From positions 86,911,994 to 86,975,993 of the forward strand of contig NC_068982.1 of NCBI RefSeq assembly GCF_001194135.2: DNA of 64,000 nt. The letters are read 5' to 3'. The position numbers and the translations under genes were made by a program. The stretch's first letter is position 1; every line of letters begins with the position of its first letter. The notes under the pieces were generated by a model that saw only the letters and a list, made by a program, of their open reading frames with translations, was not told where the DNA came from and made no database searches. The stretch comes from Octopus bimaculoides. Taxonomy: Eukaryota. Of the stretch, positions 1 to 13,214 are shown in pieces.

Positions 1-106
1 TGAGTACTAGGCTTACAAAGAATAAGTCCTGGGGTCGATTTGCTCGACTAAAGGGGGTGCTCCAGCATGGCCACAGTCAAATGACTGAAATAAGTAAAAG
101 AGTAAA
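1..106 (+). mobile_element. 3' portion of the dominant tRNA-derived SINE
   Basis: Ends GGTGCTCCAGCATGGCCACAGTCAAATGACTGAAATAAGTAAAAGA; the same tail recurs at ~965-1010, 17080-17118, 26470-26515 and 28975-29015. Confidence 0.8.
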
Positions 107-108
107 CA

Positions 109-109
<1 letters not shown>

Positions 110-152
<43 letters not shown>

Positions 153-346
153 TGTTGTCGATTGTGAAACACGACTGCCATTAGATAAACTTGATGATTT
201 TTTATCACATGAAAGTACAAGTTGATTTCAATATTGCAAAATTGTCAAATTGTAAAAATTGCTAATAATAAAACGTGAGAATCAGACTAAGTTGGAATTT
301 CATTGATTAATATATATTGTTCTATACACAATCGTACAAATTCGGA

Positions 347-419
<73 letters not shown>

Positions 420-427
420 CTCTATCC

Positions 428-503
<76 letters not shown>

Positions 504-545
504 GTCTGTCTGTCTGTCTGTATGTCTAACTGTCTATCTGTCTAA

Positions 546-576
<31 letters not shown>

Positions 577-600
577 ACTGTCTGTCTGTCTGTCTGTCTG
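110..600. repeat. (GT)n at 110-150 and compound (ATCT)n/(GTCT)n at ~346-600
   Basis: Directly visible; explains the 303..545 and 317..529 ORFs. Confidence 0.95.
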
Positions 601-635
601 TATACATATATAGGAACACACACACACATATACAA

Positions 636-1020
636 GGTGCAGGCGTGGCTGTATGGTAAGAAGCTTGCTTCCGAACCACATGGTTCCGGGTTCAGTCTCA
701 CTGTGTGGTACCTTGGGTAAGTGTCTTCTACTATACCCTTGAGCTGACCAAAGCCTTGTGAGTGAATTTGGTAGACAGAAATTGAAAGAAGCCCGTCGTA
801 TATATATATGTATATGTGTCTGCGCTTGTTCCCCTACCATTGCTTGACAACCAAAGTTGGTGTGTTTACGTTCCTGTAACTTAGTGATTTGACAAAAGAG
901 ACCAATAGAATAAGTACTTGGCTTACAAAAGATAAGTCTTGGGGTTGATCTGATTGACTAAAGGAGGTGCTCCAGCACGGCCACAATCAAAAGGTTGAGA
1001 CAAGTAAGAGAATGAAAGAA
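636..1020 (+). mobile_element. Full-length tRNA-derived SINE (octopus OK/OR-like)
   Basis: tRNA-like head with A-box-like TGGCTGTATGG and B-box-like GGTTCAGTCTC, internal (AT)n and conserved tail; many copies on both strands in the window. Confidence 0.8.
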
Positions 1021-1853
1021 TAAAATAATACACACACACACACATCGGTTTGAATCAAATGTTTTATCGCTTTTCAAGATTTAATTAATAGTTCATCAAA
1101 ATATATCCCATCATGTTCTATTGTTTGTTGCCATCGTAGTGTCAAAAGCTCAGTTCTATGCTTATACCATTTGGCTTGTTTAGAGGCAAAAACCTCTTTG
1201 CACTAGTTTTCAACCTTATTTACATTGTTGAACCTCTGTGTGTGCAGGAAATGATCCACGGCTTGGAAAATATGGTAATCTGATGATGCAAGGTCTGGTC
1301 TGTAGGCAGAGTGAGGCACCACTTCTAGTGCCTCAAGTTCTTCAAGTTTGAGCTTGGTCACATTGGTAGTGTGTGTTGTGACATTGTCAGGTTGTAGACG
1401 TGTGCATCGTCACTTGACCAATGCCAAGTAGCAGACTTTCAAAGCATCATATACTCACAGCAGTTGCTGAGCATAAAAGGGGCAAGCTCAAAAGTGCAAC
1501 AACTCCTCAAAATTCTATCAAACACACAGCATGGCCTTCTGTTCAACCATATTATTGAAAATAAATGCAACACTAATCTTATCGAAGTTTTGGTTTAAAC
1601 TTAAATGTTAAACATTATACTATTAACTTAGCTTTAAATAGGATATCAACAAACAATAAATAACAAGTTAATTTCTATAAAAATACTTATTTTACCAATA
1701 AATAAAAGAAAAAACATTTAACAATATTATTGAAAATAAATGCAATACTTATCTCATCGAAGGCTTTAGTTTAAACTAAAATTTTAACTTAGCGTTTATT
1801 AGAATGAAGTCGCGTGAATTAAATTCATATTCAATTTATCACCCTTATTATTT

Positions 1854-1898
<45 letters not shown>

Positions 1899-2299
1899 AA
1901 TTATTTTTTCTATCAGTAATTAAAAATAGAACAAGGTGACTTGGTTCTTTCAAGGCCACGCTCAGCGCTCTCATCGGTCGCTAGTTGTAATAAACACATT
2001 TGACCTCTGCTGACCCCAAGGGTGTGGAGTCGTTTTTGTCTCCTTATTGCACAGGAATGCCCATTCCTAATCTCTTTACCATCTGCCAAATCTGTTTACA
2101 GACCTGTGGAATTTAAATCTATTCACGAAGCTGTCTGTCTTGCTCCTACTATTCCCTTAAACACTGACATATTTATGATCATTTCAAGTACAAAACAAAA
2201 GTTGAAACTAAACAACATTCAATAATACCTTTTAATAATAAATGTAAATGATAATAATGGTGGTAATAATGATGATGGTGGTAATAATGATAATAATAA

Positions 2300-4350
2300 T
2301 AATTTAGCCAAAACTCATGTCGAGTCAGAGGAAATATTAACAATGACAAATAGTAGTAAAAAAATGAAAATAATAATATCAGTGATGATAATAATAATAA
2401 TGAAAGGAAGCAGTTGGAATCTCCATATGTTCTGATTGATTGTACATCTAGTGATGGTGTTACAATAAGAACACTGGTAAATGTGCAACCTGATAATCGC
2501 TACCTCATATGAGTGAAAATGAAAAAACAAAATATTGTGAATAACAGTGGTAATGAAACTGAAGCCCTTGATGGTGACAGTGTTACACCCGGCAGGCTCA
2601 GAGATACTGGTCCGACTCCAGCTTGTCGTTATCCATTAGAGGACCAGCACACACGGCGTAGATGGAACAAACAAATCAATGCTGTGGTCATGGCGTATTA
2701 CTTACTACCTGAGCAACCCCGTAGACGAAAATGGTGTTCATCTTAGAGGATACCGACAACATATGTATGATCAATGGAGAGAAAGAGGATTGTTTCAACT
2801 CACGGAACAGAGATTATGGGATCAAGCTAAAGCAATAAAAAAAAAAATCGTTGGTTCACAGAAGTAGAGTTCGAAGCTGTCAAAAGACGTGTATTGCAAA
2901 ACAGCAGCAGAGGAAACGACGGAAATACACTTCCTGCTGATAAAAGTAATCTCATAGTAGAAAACAGAGGTGAAATCTCTAATAAACTACAGAAAAGAAT
3001 CAGTGATAGCTTGCTCGATGAGAGACATATAGATGGTTTGGAAGAAGACAATAAAGCTAATGGTGACATCACATATGGGCAAAAGGCAATCTACGACAGA
3101 ATAAAGGCAAGGCTACTGGAAAACAATAGTGAGATTATTTGCAATCTTAAAAAGGTTGATCGGTGGAAATTGAACCAAGAAACGAAAAATGTGAATGAAG
3201 TTCTGAAATACATCAAAACATAAAACATCACAGAAACAAATAATTTGATCAAGGCAGCAAGTATTGTTGTAGCAGAAAACGTGGGTGTTGATGTCAAGAA
3301 AAAGAAACGTAATGGGAGTGACAAAAGAAAAAATCCATGGTGGAAAAGAAGAATACAGGCGGGGTTAGACATGCTCTCGAAGGACATTTCTGTGTTAGAC
3401 CGAAAAGAAAAGGGGGAGCTTAAAAGCGAACAAAAATACAGGGCACTGAACAGGAAGTATGATATTGAAAGAAAGGGCCTGAAAGTGGTAATGGAGGAAC
3501 TGAAACAGCACCTCGTTGTAAAGAGAGCAAAGATGGTAAGATACGACCAAAGAATGAAGGGTTACCAGCAGAATATGTTATTCAGAGTAGATCAGAAGAG
3601 ATTTTACAAAGAAATAAATGGAGAGTGTACCAGTTAATACCAGATAACATTGAAAAGTTGATAAAAGATAACATTGAAATTGATAGGTTTTGGAGTGACA
3701 TCTGGAGCAAAGACAAGGAGCACAAGAAGGATGCTGAATGGTTGCAATAACTGAAACAAACAGCAGTCTGTCCAAAATAGGCAGAACTAGTCATTTCAGT
3801 TAGGGAAGTGAAAGAAATCATCAAAAAATGGGCAACTGGAAGGACCCGGGATCAGATGGAGTTCAAGGTCACTAGATCAAAAGATTTGGTGAATGTCATG
3901 CACGAATAGCTGCACAACTCAACACCTTGTTAAATGCCGACCAAGTAACACTAGAGTGGTTGACAATGGATAGGACAGTGCTGTGCTTGAAAAACATCGG
4001 AAAAGGCTATAAGGTAGACAATTACAGGCCAATCATCCTTGTCATTCATGTGGTTATTATTGACTGGAACAGCCACAGAGTTAATGTACGCACATCTGGA
4101 AAAAAATGGAGTACTGCCACATGAGCAGAAGGGTTGCAAGCCTAAGTGCAGAGGTACTAAGGATCAACTCCTGGTAGACAAAACTGTACTTAGAGATTGC
4201 AAGAGGAGGAAAACTAATTTAGCCATGTCATGGATCGGTTATCGTAAGGTGTACGATATGATCCCACATTCTTAGATGATGGAATGTACGAACCTATTTG
4301 GTATTGCATCGAATGTTGAACGATTGCTTGGGAAAAGTATTGCTTGGAAA
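2300..4350 (+). mobile_element. R4/Dong-type non-LTR retrotransposon, N-terminal region to RT motif 3, decayed and 3'-truncated
   Basis: Consecutive frames give RGYRQHMYDQWRERGLFQLTEQRL, NPWWKRRIQ, QQNMLFRVDQKRFYKEIN, DNYRPI, EQKGC...[11 protein letters not shown]...[21 protein letters not shown]. Preceded by an (AAT)-rich tract at ~2220-2400. Confidence 0.8.
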
Positions 4351-6289
4351 AAGTGGATTTTGCTGGTTGATTTTCGAGAAATATCTGATGTAGCCGTTAG
4401 CTTGGTGTTGAGGAGTGGGTATGTTAATTAAGGTTGTTATAATGATGTAGTGTGGTATGATTGCTATTGTGGATTCTGCTAATTACACTATGTAATTTTT
4501 AACTGCTTGCTTTATCGTTTATATTGAATACAAAATATTTGCTTGTTTTCTCTTTTTGTGTATATTTTCTTTGTTATTTTCTATGTATGATGCTGGGTTT
4601 TATTTCCCCCCACTCTCTCTCTCTCTCTCTCTGTAGTGTTTGAAGTTGTCTTCAGTTTTAATCAGGTTGTCTATTTCTGTTAGCTTATTGGTTATGTATA
4701 TTTGGAAGTGTTTATATAATTTTGTTAAATGTACGTACTAATGGAATTCTGTAATCCTTGATTCTCTTTCCTGATAGAACTGATTGTTCTGAGCTTTTCT
4801 GAAGATTGTAGATGTGTTTTTGCACATTTACAATGATGTGAGTGTGCAGTATGTTGTGTTGTGATGATAATGGGTAAATGAACAAAGAGTTGGGCGACTG
4901 CAACAATTTCTAAAATTAACAACGAAATCGCTATCAAACCACCAGCAATTTAATGGCGATTTCACTTGTAATTGTAAAACGTCGAGTAACCAATTAGAAG
5001 TTTCTCCGTTTGTGGGATGTTATTCTAGTTTCCATGGATAGTTGTAAACTTTTTACCTGTGTAAAATGAAGCGTTAGTTTTGTAATTCATAAATGAAAAT
5101 GAACATCACGGCATAGCAAATAAAATCACTATAGGTGAGGGATTTATTTTGTCAGTATGCGCCTGATTGTAAGAAAAGTGTTCACAAATGAAGCAGATCA
5201 AGAAATTGCTGAAGTTTTACTGTCTGAAAATTAAGTCTAAAGCACAATTAAAATGTATTCTAATATCAAGGATTAGAATTCTGCTTGAGGTAAAGGATTT
5301 ACATTTTCTATGGCCTCTCACCAAAAGCTTATATTAATGGATAGTTTTATGAAATAAAAAGTACTTTTGTAGAATTATGGGATCTCATTATGAAGTAAGG
5401 AGGCTATCAAGAGAAAAATATTTAACAAAGTTTATGAACTATAGGACCGAAAACAATTTTTTGCCCAAAGAAACAGTTTTAGGCAAATCCTATCGTGAAC
5501 TTTGGTTTGCACAATTAATTTACCAGCGGAAATATTTTGGTTTTTGAACAAGCTAAATACCAGCATACATATTTATATCAAACAGATAAACTATTGTTGC
5601 TTAAAAAACTTAACAATATAAAAGATATTTCTAGTCTTGTGACAGAAAATTGGCAAAAATTAAAGGACAACATCCAACATTATTTCTCTTTATTTCCATT
5701 ATTAACTACCGAATGTACACGATATTTGCAATAACTATATTCGTGTCATTATAGTTTGAAGATAAAAGATGTTGATAAAGACGCATTCTCGATTTTATTT
5801 AACTAATCTAACTGGGCTTTAACAGTTTTTCATGTAATTTTCACAAATGAATTTTCAATAATCACGATCATCAAATACATAAAGAGAAAACGTTTCTGAA
5901 TGTTGAATATACGTTTGTTAGAAATAAGACAAATAGCTCCAAAACATGAAGCTCATGTGTTACATTAAAATAGTTATATTTAAAAAAAAATATTTTCTGT
6001 AAGTTCAGGAAAGTTAGTAGTTTACCTTTAGGAAATCCTCTTCTACAAATGGCCTTTGGTGTTTCTTGCCTAGTCAGTTCTCTAGTTCTGTAAACGAAAG
6101 AAAGAAAAGAAAAAAGTAAAAAGAAAGCAGTAAACAAATCAAACTGATTTTTGATTCCTGAAATGTCAGGACAATGTTGGATGTAACTAATTCTGAAAGA
6201 AATAACGAAGGACTGCTATAGTTGATAGGTAACTGATCCACTGTGGCATAGACATATATGCTCAGTCAGAAACACGATTGAGAGGATAG

Positions 6290-6430
6290 AGAGAGTTAGA
6301 ATGAGAGGACAGAGAGCGAGAGAGGACAGAGAGCGAGAAAGGACAGTGAGCGAGAGAGGACAGTGAGCGAGAGAGGACAGGGAGCGAGAGAGGAGAGAGA
6401 GCGAGAGAAGACAGAGAGCGAGAGAGGACA
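6290..6430 (+). repeat. GA-rich minisatellite, unit ~GAGAGAGGACAG(A/T)GAGC
   Basis: Tandem ~18-20 bp units visible. Confidence 0.85.
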
Positions 6431-6439
6431 TTGCTTATA

Positions 6440-7950
6440 GTGAAGCTTAATGTTAGCTGAGCCATAGCGAATATTCTTGTCAGCAAATTAGTGCCACTTG
6501 CTGTTGTGACATTCAATAGGCTAATGAAGACGGTATCACAGCCCTGGCTTCTTCTGGTCAGAAAATCTGGACACTGTGCAGAATGAAGCTTAGTCTTGGT
6601 TTATTAATCTCGAATATTCTTATGCGCAAACTAGTACCACTTCCCATTGTTATCCTTGAAAGAACTAATGACTGTGATAGGCTAATGAAGGTTTCCTAAC
6701 TGGAAATCGAAATTTAACTGTTTTAGTGTCTACACGGTGTATCTTAGAACTCTTCCTTTATATTGTACTCGTTTAACTGTTTTAGTGTCCATACTCCTCC
6801 AGTATGGACACTAAAACAGTTAAACGAGTACGATATAAAGGAAGAGTTCTAAGATACACCGTGTAGAAGGCTGGATGAAATGCTAACAACCAATCAGCTG
6901 CTTGTTTAATGGAACAGTAGAGAAGAATGACCAGATATTGACCAAATTTTATGCACTTTTGGAATAGGTAATCTCAGCTATGAGGTAAACTGACTGTCTC
7001 ACTGGATGTGGATGTTGATGTGGATCGCTGCATAGTCAGCTGCGATCGCTTTCGGGAAGTTTAGTGATTGATAGTGGAAGCAATATAGACTAGAGTTGTC
7101 AGCAAAATTATAAGCATACCGAGTAGTAGTAATAGTCTGTACGCAATATTTTGCTGTCAGTTGCGCTATCTACGATCTTTAATGAGCATTTCTTGGTGAT
7201 ATCACATCATTAACCAGGAGGTTGTGTAGCACAGAAATATACTTAATGTTGAGTATATCCCGCTGAAAGCGAAGTTGCACTGGGTGCATCACGTGATCTC
7301 TAAAGCTGAAATGTGTAGAAGCTACTGCCCTTTTCATCAAAGGACATCATGACGAAGTTAGTGACCTGATTGCGACTGTTTTGGAGAAGAGCGCGACTGA
7401 TCACAATGGCGATGGGTTATAAAAGAAACAGTAAATGCTGCAGAATCAAATTGGATGACTATCAGGAAGAAAAGAGAGAAAAAGCTATCAACAGTATTCT
7501 GTAATATCTAGGGTCTATAATCCCACGAAAGAGCAAAGCATCACTATATTAAAAAATATTCCTCCTCTCCTGCTACTATGCTACTACTGTAAGTCATATT
7601 CGAATATGAGTAGAACCAAGACGAAGGTAACGTAGCTGTATACGAGTACAGTGATTCCTTCAGGTTGTAGTTATGACCCTAAGTTTTTGAGTGTTTAGAT
7701 TTCCCTAGCCAGTTTCGAATGTCTGATAGAAGGTAGGAAATCAAAATAATGGCTAATTGGAAAATATGTATTTTTGTTTTGCATTCGTGTCTTTCTTGTA
7801 TGTTTTAACGGAGTATTTTCGAGAAATGCCTGATAAGTTAATATGCTGTTGTGCTGTGTGGGTATGGTTAGAGATTTAGTGTTGTAAGCAGTTAGATGAT
7901 GAGGAGCCCATTAACCAAGTTTTGATACTTTCCTAGTTCGTGAAGGTGTT
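6440..7950 (-). mobile_element. Heavily decayed Penelope-like element (tentative)
   Basis: Minus strand at ~6948-6970 reads (Y)L-PKVHK, like the PLE RT YxLPKxHK motif, with a 1-nt frameshift. The 7790-7850 segment resembles the AT-rich repeat at ~4370-4450. Confidence 0.35.
6733..6863. mobile_element. 131-bp fold-back MITE, TA TSD (Tc1/mariner type)
   Basis: TA|CACGGTGTATCTTAGAA...TTCTAAGATACACCGTG|TA; ~63-bp arms with one mismatch around a CCTCC loop. Confidence 0.8.
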
Positions 7951-7974
7951 TTATGATCAAAGTGTTAGTTGAAT

Positions 7975-8235
7975 TGAACGGATAATTTTTGTGAAGTTTG
8001 CTTTGGATTTTCCTCAACAACTGTGTTTACAGGCTCAATATTCATAGAATTTGGTTGTCCAGATCAAAGGGAATGTGTGAGAGAAACATTTCTCGAATGA
8101 AACTGGCCAAGTCATCGTTGGTATGTCTAGAATCCTAAAGATTCATTCCCATAGAACGAATATTTCTTGCCGCTTCCATTGTTGAAGAACCACATTTGAA
8201 TTCATACAGAATGCACTGTCCGATATGGGTCTTAA
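7975..8235 (-). mobile_element. mariner transposase N-terminal (HTH) fragment
   Basis: Minus strand reads HIGQCILYEFKCGSSTMEAARNI and GQPNSMNIEPVNTVVEENPKQTSQKLSVQFN. Confidence 0.65.
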
Positions 8236-9244
8236 TCTAAACTCATTTTAAAAGGGTAAAAGTGATACGAATTTAACTACAAAAGTATTAGAATATAAAA
8301 CTTAATGATTATTTTATTGTGAGTATTGAAAAAAATACCTTCAAAATGATAATGTTAAACATGCAATAGAACTTTAATATTAAACTTAACATTTTACGTT
8401 TATTTTGGGGTTTATGTGAGGTACAAATGTATACATGTTTTCTGTTGTTTTTGTTTGAAAACATAATATTCTGAATAAAATTTTACAGTAAAAAATTTGT
8501 TCTTTCTTTGAATATGAATAAAGGAAAATGCTTTTTAAAATGTTTGAATTTGCTGCATTACATTTGCTATCACTTACTTTGTTTTATAGGTTATTTTATA
8601 AAAGTAAAGCTTATTACTTTCATTCGGTCATATAAAATATGATAAGGAGCCATTCTATACCAAGCAGAACTAGAACCAAAAGGGTATTTTTGTCGTTTCA
8701 TTTATTCATTTAAATTCATTAGAAATTTCATTTTGAAAGACTGAGATTGATATAACAGAAGCTTTTGTTTCCATTTTGTGACAAAAAATTATGGAATCGA
8801 GAGTGTATTCATAACGAATGTAAAATTGAAAATCACCGTTAACAGAAAAAATCCCCCGCTTCCTGTGAATCGAATAGCTTAATATTTTCCTTTATTTAAT
8901 TTTATTATATCTATTTGTTCATTGCTTTACCCTACGGTATTACTCAGCAAAGAACTTGCTTCTAGTCTTCTTTTTTTAATCAGTGGAATGATAAAATCTA
9001 ATTTTGATTCGTTGAATTATAATTTAAAAAAAGAAAAGAATCACTTGGAAATAATTCGTGGCTGACATCTTAAAATACTTCTTTTACAATATCATCGATC
9101 AGCACACTTTTCTTACAAATTGAAACACGTCAATGAATCATGAATTTTGATTTATCCAATATAATATCTGAGAATATAATGATCCTAAAGTCATTTTCTC
9201 GACTGAAAAATTATGCTTGACTGAAATGATTAGATCTTTAATTG

Positions 9245-10348
9245 TACAGGCTGAAGCATTTTATGAGAACATAATGAGGTTTTATTTTTCTTAGAAATAT
9301 TCCACAATCCAGAAACCTCCGCCTTTTTGATTTTGCGTGTCGCACGCACAATGCAGGTCTTCAAACTGTTGACACACGTGTGTGGTGAAGCATTGGTCCT
9401 TGCTTGAAGTACACTCCAACAAAAGTAATCGAGAAGGTTGAGATTTGGGCCTCACAAAAACTGTTGGCCCTCACAAAAAATGGCACCTTCTCACCAAGGA
9501 AGGCTTGTGCTGCTTTTGACCTATGGCATGGTGCAGAATCCTGGATAAATACCATATTGTCAAGCCCAAATTTCTGCTCTATCCAAGGTAACAGAGGGTT
9601 CTTCACGATGTCCAGACTCAATGAAGTGTGGACCCATGACACTTTCATCACTTGCCACGGTTCCAAATACTATCACAGAGGTAGGATTCTTAGTCTTAAA
9701 CACCGTGGAGACGTCAGAAAAGTTGTATGCAATCACTCAAGAATTTCTGCGATTCATCCCAGCATCCACAGTGAACTTCTCCACAAACACGAGAGTTTTT
9801 CCTGCACCTTGATGCTTGATGAATGTCAGAAGCTTTGGGCATCTCTCGGCTCTGTTTGCTTTGGCCTTGGCTGTTAGGAGATAACGGCGGCGTCGAACAT
9901 AGCTAGTCATGCTAAGATTCATGTTCACAGCTCTGGACACCGTGGAAAGGGACACATTGCGTTTCTTTGCAAGAGTTGTCATAAATGTGGATCGGTTGGC
10001 TTCAATCGATCATTTGAGGCCAGTGAGAAACTTTGGATTGCGCTTGGATACACTTCGAGTTCTTTTTTATCAATCTTTCCTTCTTCTTTAAATTGTTTAC
10101 ATACACCATAAACTGTTGCTTTTCGTCAACTTAACAATTCTACTGGCAGTGTGCCTGGTGCGCGCCAAAGCAACAATAGCCGAACTATTCTGTGTTCCAC
10201 GACTTTCTGTTATCGAAACAGTTCGCTATTTAGATGAAAAAGGAAGAGGATGATTAGATTTTCTAGCAAGGTTTTGTCAAAAAATTAAATGCTAAACCCA
10301 CTAAGTCAACTGCGTAAAATTGGTCTCAGTTTATCTGCAAGACTCTGT
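9245..10348 (-). mobile_element. IS630/Tc1/mariner relic, DD37D (maT)-like
   Basis: ORFs 9737..9982 (LVFVEKFTVDAGMNRRN) and 9361..9666 (VFIQDSAPCHRSK), then DLNLLDYFCWSVLQ in another frame. TA-CAG ends are only weakly matched. Confidence 0.75.
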
Positions 10349-10522
10349 ACATACGTACACATTACATGTATGTACGTATAATAAAAATAAGTCATTGAAA
10401 GTCCGTTTATGCTACTAGAATGATTTGAATATTCAACTAAGATGGGAAACGAGAATTTCTGAACACGATTGATTTTCTCCGGCTGTATATATAAGCGCGG
10501 GCAAATATTGTACTTTGCGAGT

Positions 10523-10552
10523 ATGGAGCTTGAAGACTTCTGTATTTTTAAG
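10523..10552 (+). CDS. Speculative first coding exon MELEDFCIFK
   Basis: TATATATAAG at 10486-10495, strong Kozak (gagtATGG) and AAG|GTAATT donor at 10553; lies between transposons. No homology evidence. Confidence 0.2.
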
Positions 10553-10569
10553 GTAATTATATATATATA

Positions 10570-10741
10570 TAGGGGAAGAATTCACAAAAAAAGACAACAA
10601 AAGACGAAGACAGGTGGCGTAGACAACAAACAGATGTATTAGTTTAACGCTCGGGAATTGAAAAAAGTCTTTAACGTTTTGATCCTACGCCCTTCCACAG
10701 AAAGAAACAAGGAGAGAAAATAAAGAATGTGTAGTGGCTAG

Positions 10742-10786
<45 letters not shown>

Positions 10787-11550
10787 CTGAAATGTATAGT
10801 ATTAAATATCCATCTTACCAGTCGGTTTCTTGTACAGAATACAAAGGAGTGTTAGGTATCAATCCGATTATATAACTTTACGCTCATCAGAGTTAGCCGA
10901 TATGGAAGGTAATGTGACGACTGCTCTCTATTGTCAGAGGTGGATTAGCACAACTGGTCAGCGACTGCTGTGAAAAAGGTGGTGAAACAAAAAAGGACCA
11001 GGGGATTAGGTTAGGAGCTATGTCCCTTGGTTGGTGTATACTGTGAAGCCGGTAAGAGCTATCTTGAAGTGGGGAAAGTGTGTATTATTAATGTGGTGCT
11101 CCTGTGGGGATGGGGTGTGTGATATGTGTAGTGGTGTCATATGCAAAAATTTTTTCCAGAGGTGTAGGTATATATATATAGCTATGTTCGTTGGCCTATT
11201 TTCTTTCTATAAAGGATAAGGTCGTGAGTTGTTTTTATGTTAGCGTGTAGTGTGTAATGTGTGTGTGTGTGTGTATGTGTGGGGTCTATGTAAATGTGTA
11301 GGTACAATTTGTGCGAAGAAGCATGTGTTGGGGGCGGTGGGAAACCTTAAAGGGGTGTGCGCCTTAAAGGAGTGTGCGTGTGTGCACAGGGGTGCATTGG
11401 TGTGTGCTTTGGTCAAGCTCTTTTCCGGGCCCGAAGGGCATTGGTGGAAGGTCGAGGTCGGGGACCAGTGGCTGCAGTCATGGTGGGCGCGCAGATACTA
11501 TAGGATGTACTTCCTTTCATGTGGGCAGGGATTAAATATCCCACCCCTGC
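10570..11550 (-). mobile_element. Penelope-like 3'/pLTR-type repeat
   Basis: GT-rich low-complexity body like 24700-25200, plus hammerhead vestiges at 10668-10705 and 10873-10895. Confidence 0.45.
10668..10705 (-). ncRNA. Decayed minimal hammerhead ribozyme
   Basis: Minus strand: TCTTT-CTGTGGA-A-GGGC GTAG GATC-AAAA-CG-TT-AAAGA. Stem I (TCTTT/AAAGA) is intact; the core is mutated relative to CUGANGA...GAAA. Confidence 0.35.
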
Positions 11551-11563
11551 TACTCATACATAA

Positions 11564-11597
<34 letters not shown>

Positions 11598-11654
11598 CAT
11601 ACATACATACATACATTCACACATACATACATATCTATACCTATATCTGTATCT

Positions 11655-12960
11655 ATATCTCTTCATCTCATCTAGGTCTCCCATAGGACGCCCCAAACTG
11701 GGAACGCCCCAAAACTGTTTCCACACGTTTTCCCCATTCATCTCGATTTTCCATAATGGTCCTCAGCTCCTGTTCCCCTTCCATACCAGTATCCTCCAGC
11801 AAGTTGTCGATATAGGTCATCTTCCTCCTTCCTCTCTTGGTTTTTCCTTCTGTTGGTTGTCAGAACACTAGCTTGTTAGCAATTTCATCGGTGTGTTTGA
11901 TGCAGTGTCCAGCTAGCCTTCTATGTTGTATCTTCAATGTTACTTTTGGTAGTCCCTGGTATAAGTCGGCGTTTGTTGTATGACTCGTCCAAGAGACATT
12001 GAGTGCCATTCTAAGCATCCTCGTATAACAACCGTCCAACTGCTTCTTCAATGCTTTAGTGAGCGTTCATGTTTCAGCCCCTTATAGAAGAACAGACTCC
12101 ACTGTTGCCAGAAACAGCCTCACTTTCAATTTCCTTGCTAACTTTGAACTCCATACCTTTCTCGATTTATGGCATGCGCTCCAGGCAAGAGCTTCCCTTG
12201 CTACGATGTCATTTTCTGTACTTTGTGTCCACGCACCAAGGTATTTGAAATTTTCAACTACCTTCAGTGACTTACCGTCTCTCACTTTCACTGACGCAGG
12301 CATTTCGTGGTTGAATACTTGCAGCTCTGTTTCGTTTGCATTACAGTACAATCCTACCTTCCCCGATTCCTGCTCTAATCTGCTCAGCACCTCTTGTGCC
12401 TGATCTGTCCTCTCTGTTAGTAATGCCAAGTCATCAGCATAGTCTAGGTCAGTTACTGTTACTGCTTGGTGCTGTCTACTTCTTTGCATAAGCAGTTTGA
12501 ATCTCAGTTCTTCCTTGCCTACACACGTTCTACACATTGCATAGTCACGAACGACGGCGAAGAGATAAGGTGCTAGCGCGTTGTCTTTGATTTCAAAGTT
12601 TTCCGTCTCTCCATCAAGAGTGATCACTTTCGCTCCGGTGTCCTCATATAGCTTACTTATCGCTCTCAGAATTCTTGGTGGAATATCATATGCCTTAAGT
12701 ATCTTCACCATCATTCCTCTATGTACTAAATCAAAAGCCTTTTTAAAGTCTACATAGATAATGATAGCCTTCCTGTCTTGGCTGTTAACTACCTCTACCA
12801 GTCTTCTAAGTGCAATAATGTGAAATGTTGTTGACCGTTCTGATCTGAATCCATTTTGATTTGGTCGCAATTGTTTGTATTCGTTGTATTCGGATAAGTA
12901 TCATCTTGTTGACCATTTTTGCAACAATGGATGACAGACTGATCCCACTGTAATTCTCAG
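11655..12960 (-). mobile_element. RTE-group LINE, 5'-truncated RT
   Basis: ORF 12082..12870 has QNGFRSERST, YVDFKKAFD, DLDYADDLALL, FKYLG; C-terminal YTRMLRMALNVSW; (GATGA)-like tail. Flanked by (ACAT)n and (ATCT)n. Confidence 0.9.
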
Positions 12961-13033
<73 letters not shown>

Positions 13034-13214
13034 GCCTGCCTGTCTGTCCGTCCGTCTGTCTCTTTGTCTGTCTGTCTGTCTGCGCGCGCGCACACACACA
13101 CACATAAATATATATATAATCAGAAATGGAAAACAAAACAATAAATTGAACAATTATTAATTCAATTCAATTTAAATACATAGATAATACATACATACAT
13201 ACATACATACATAC

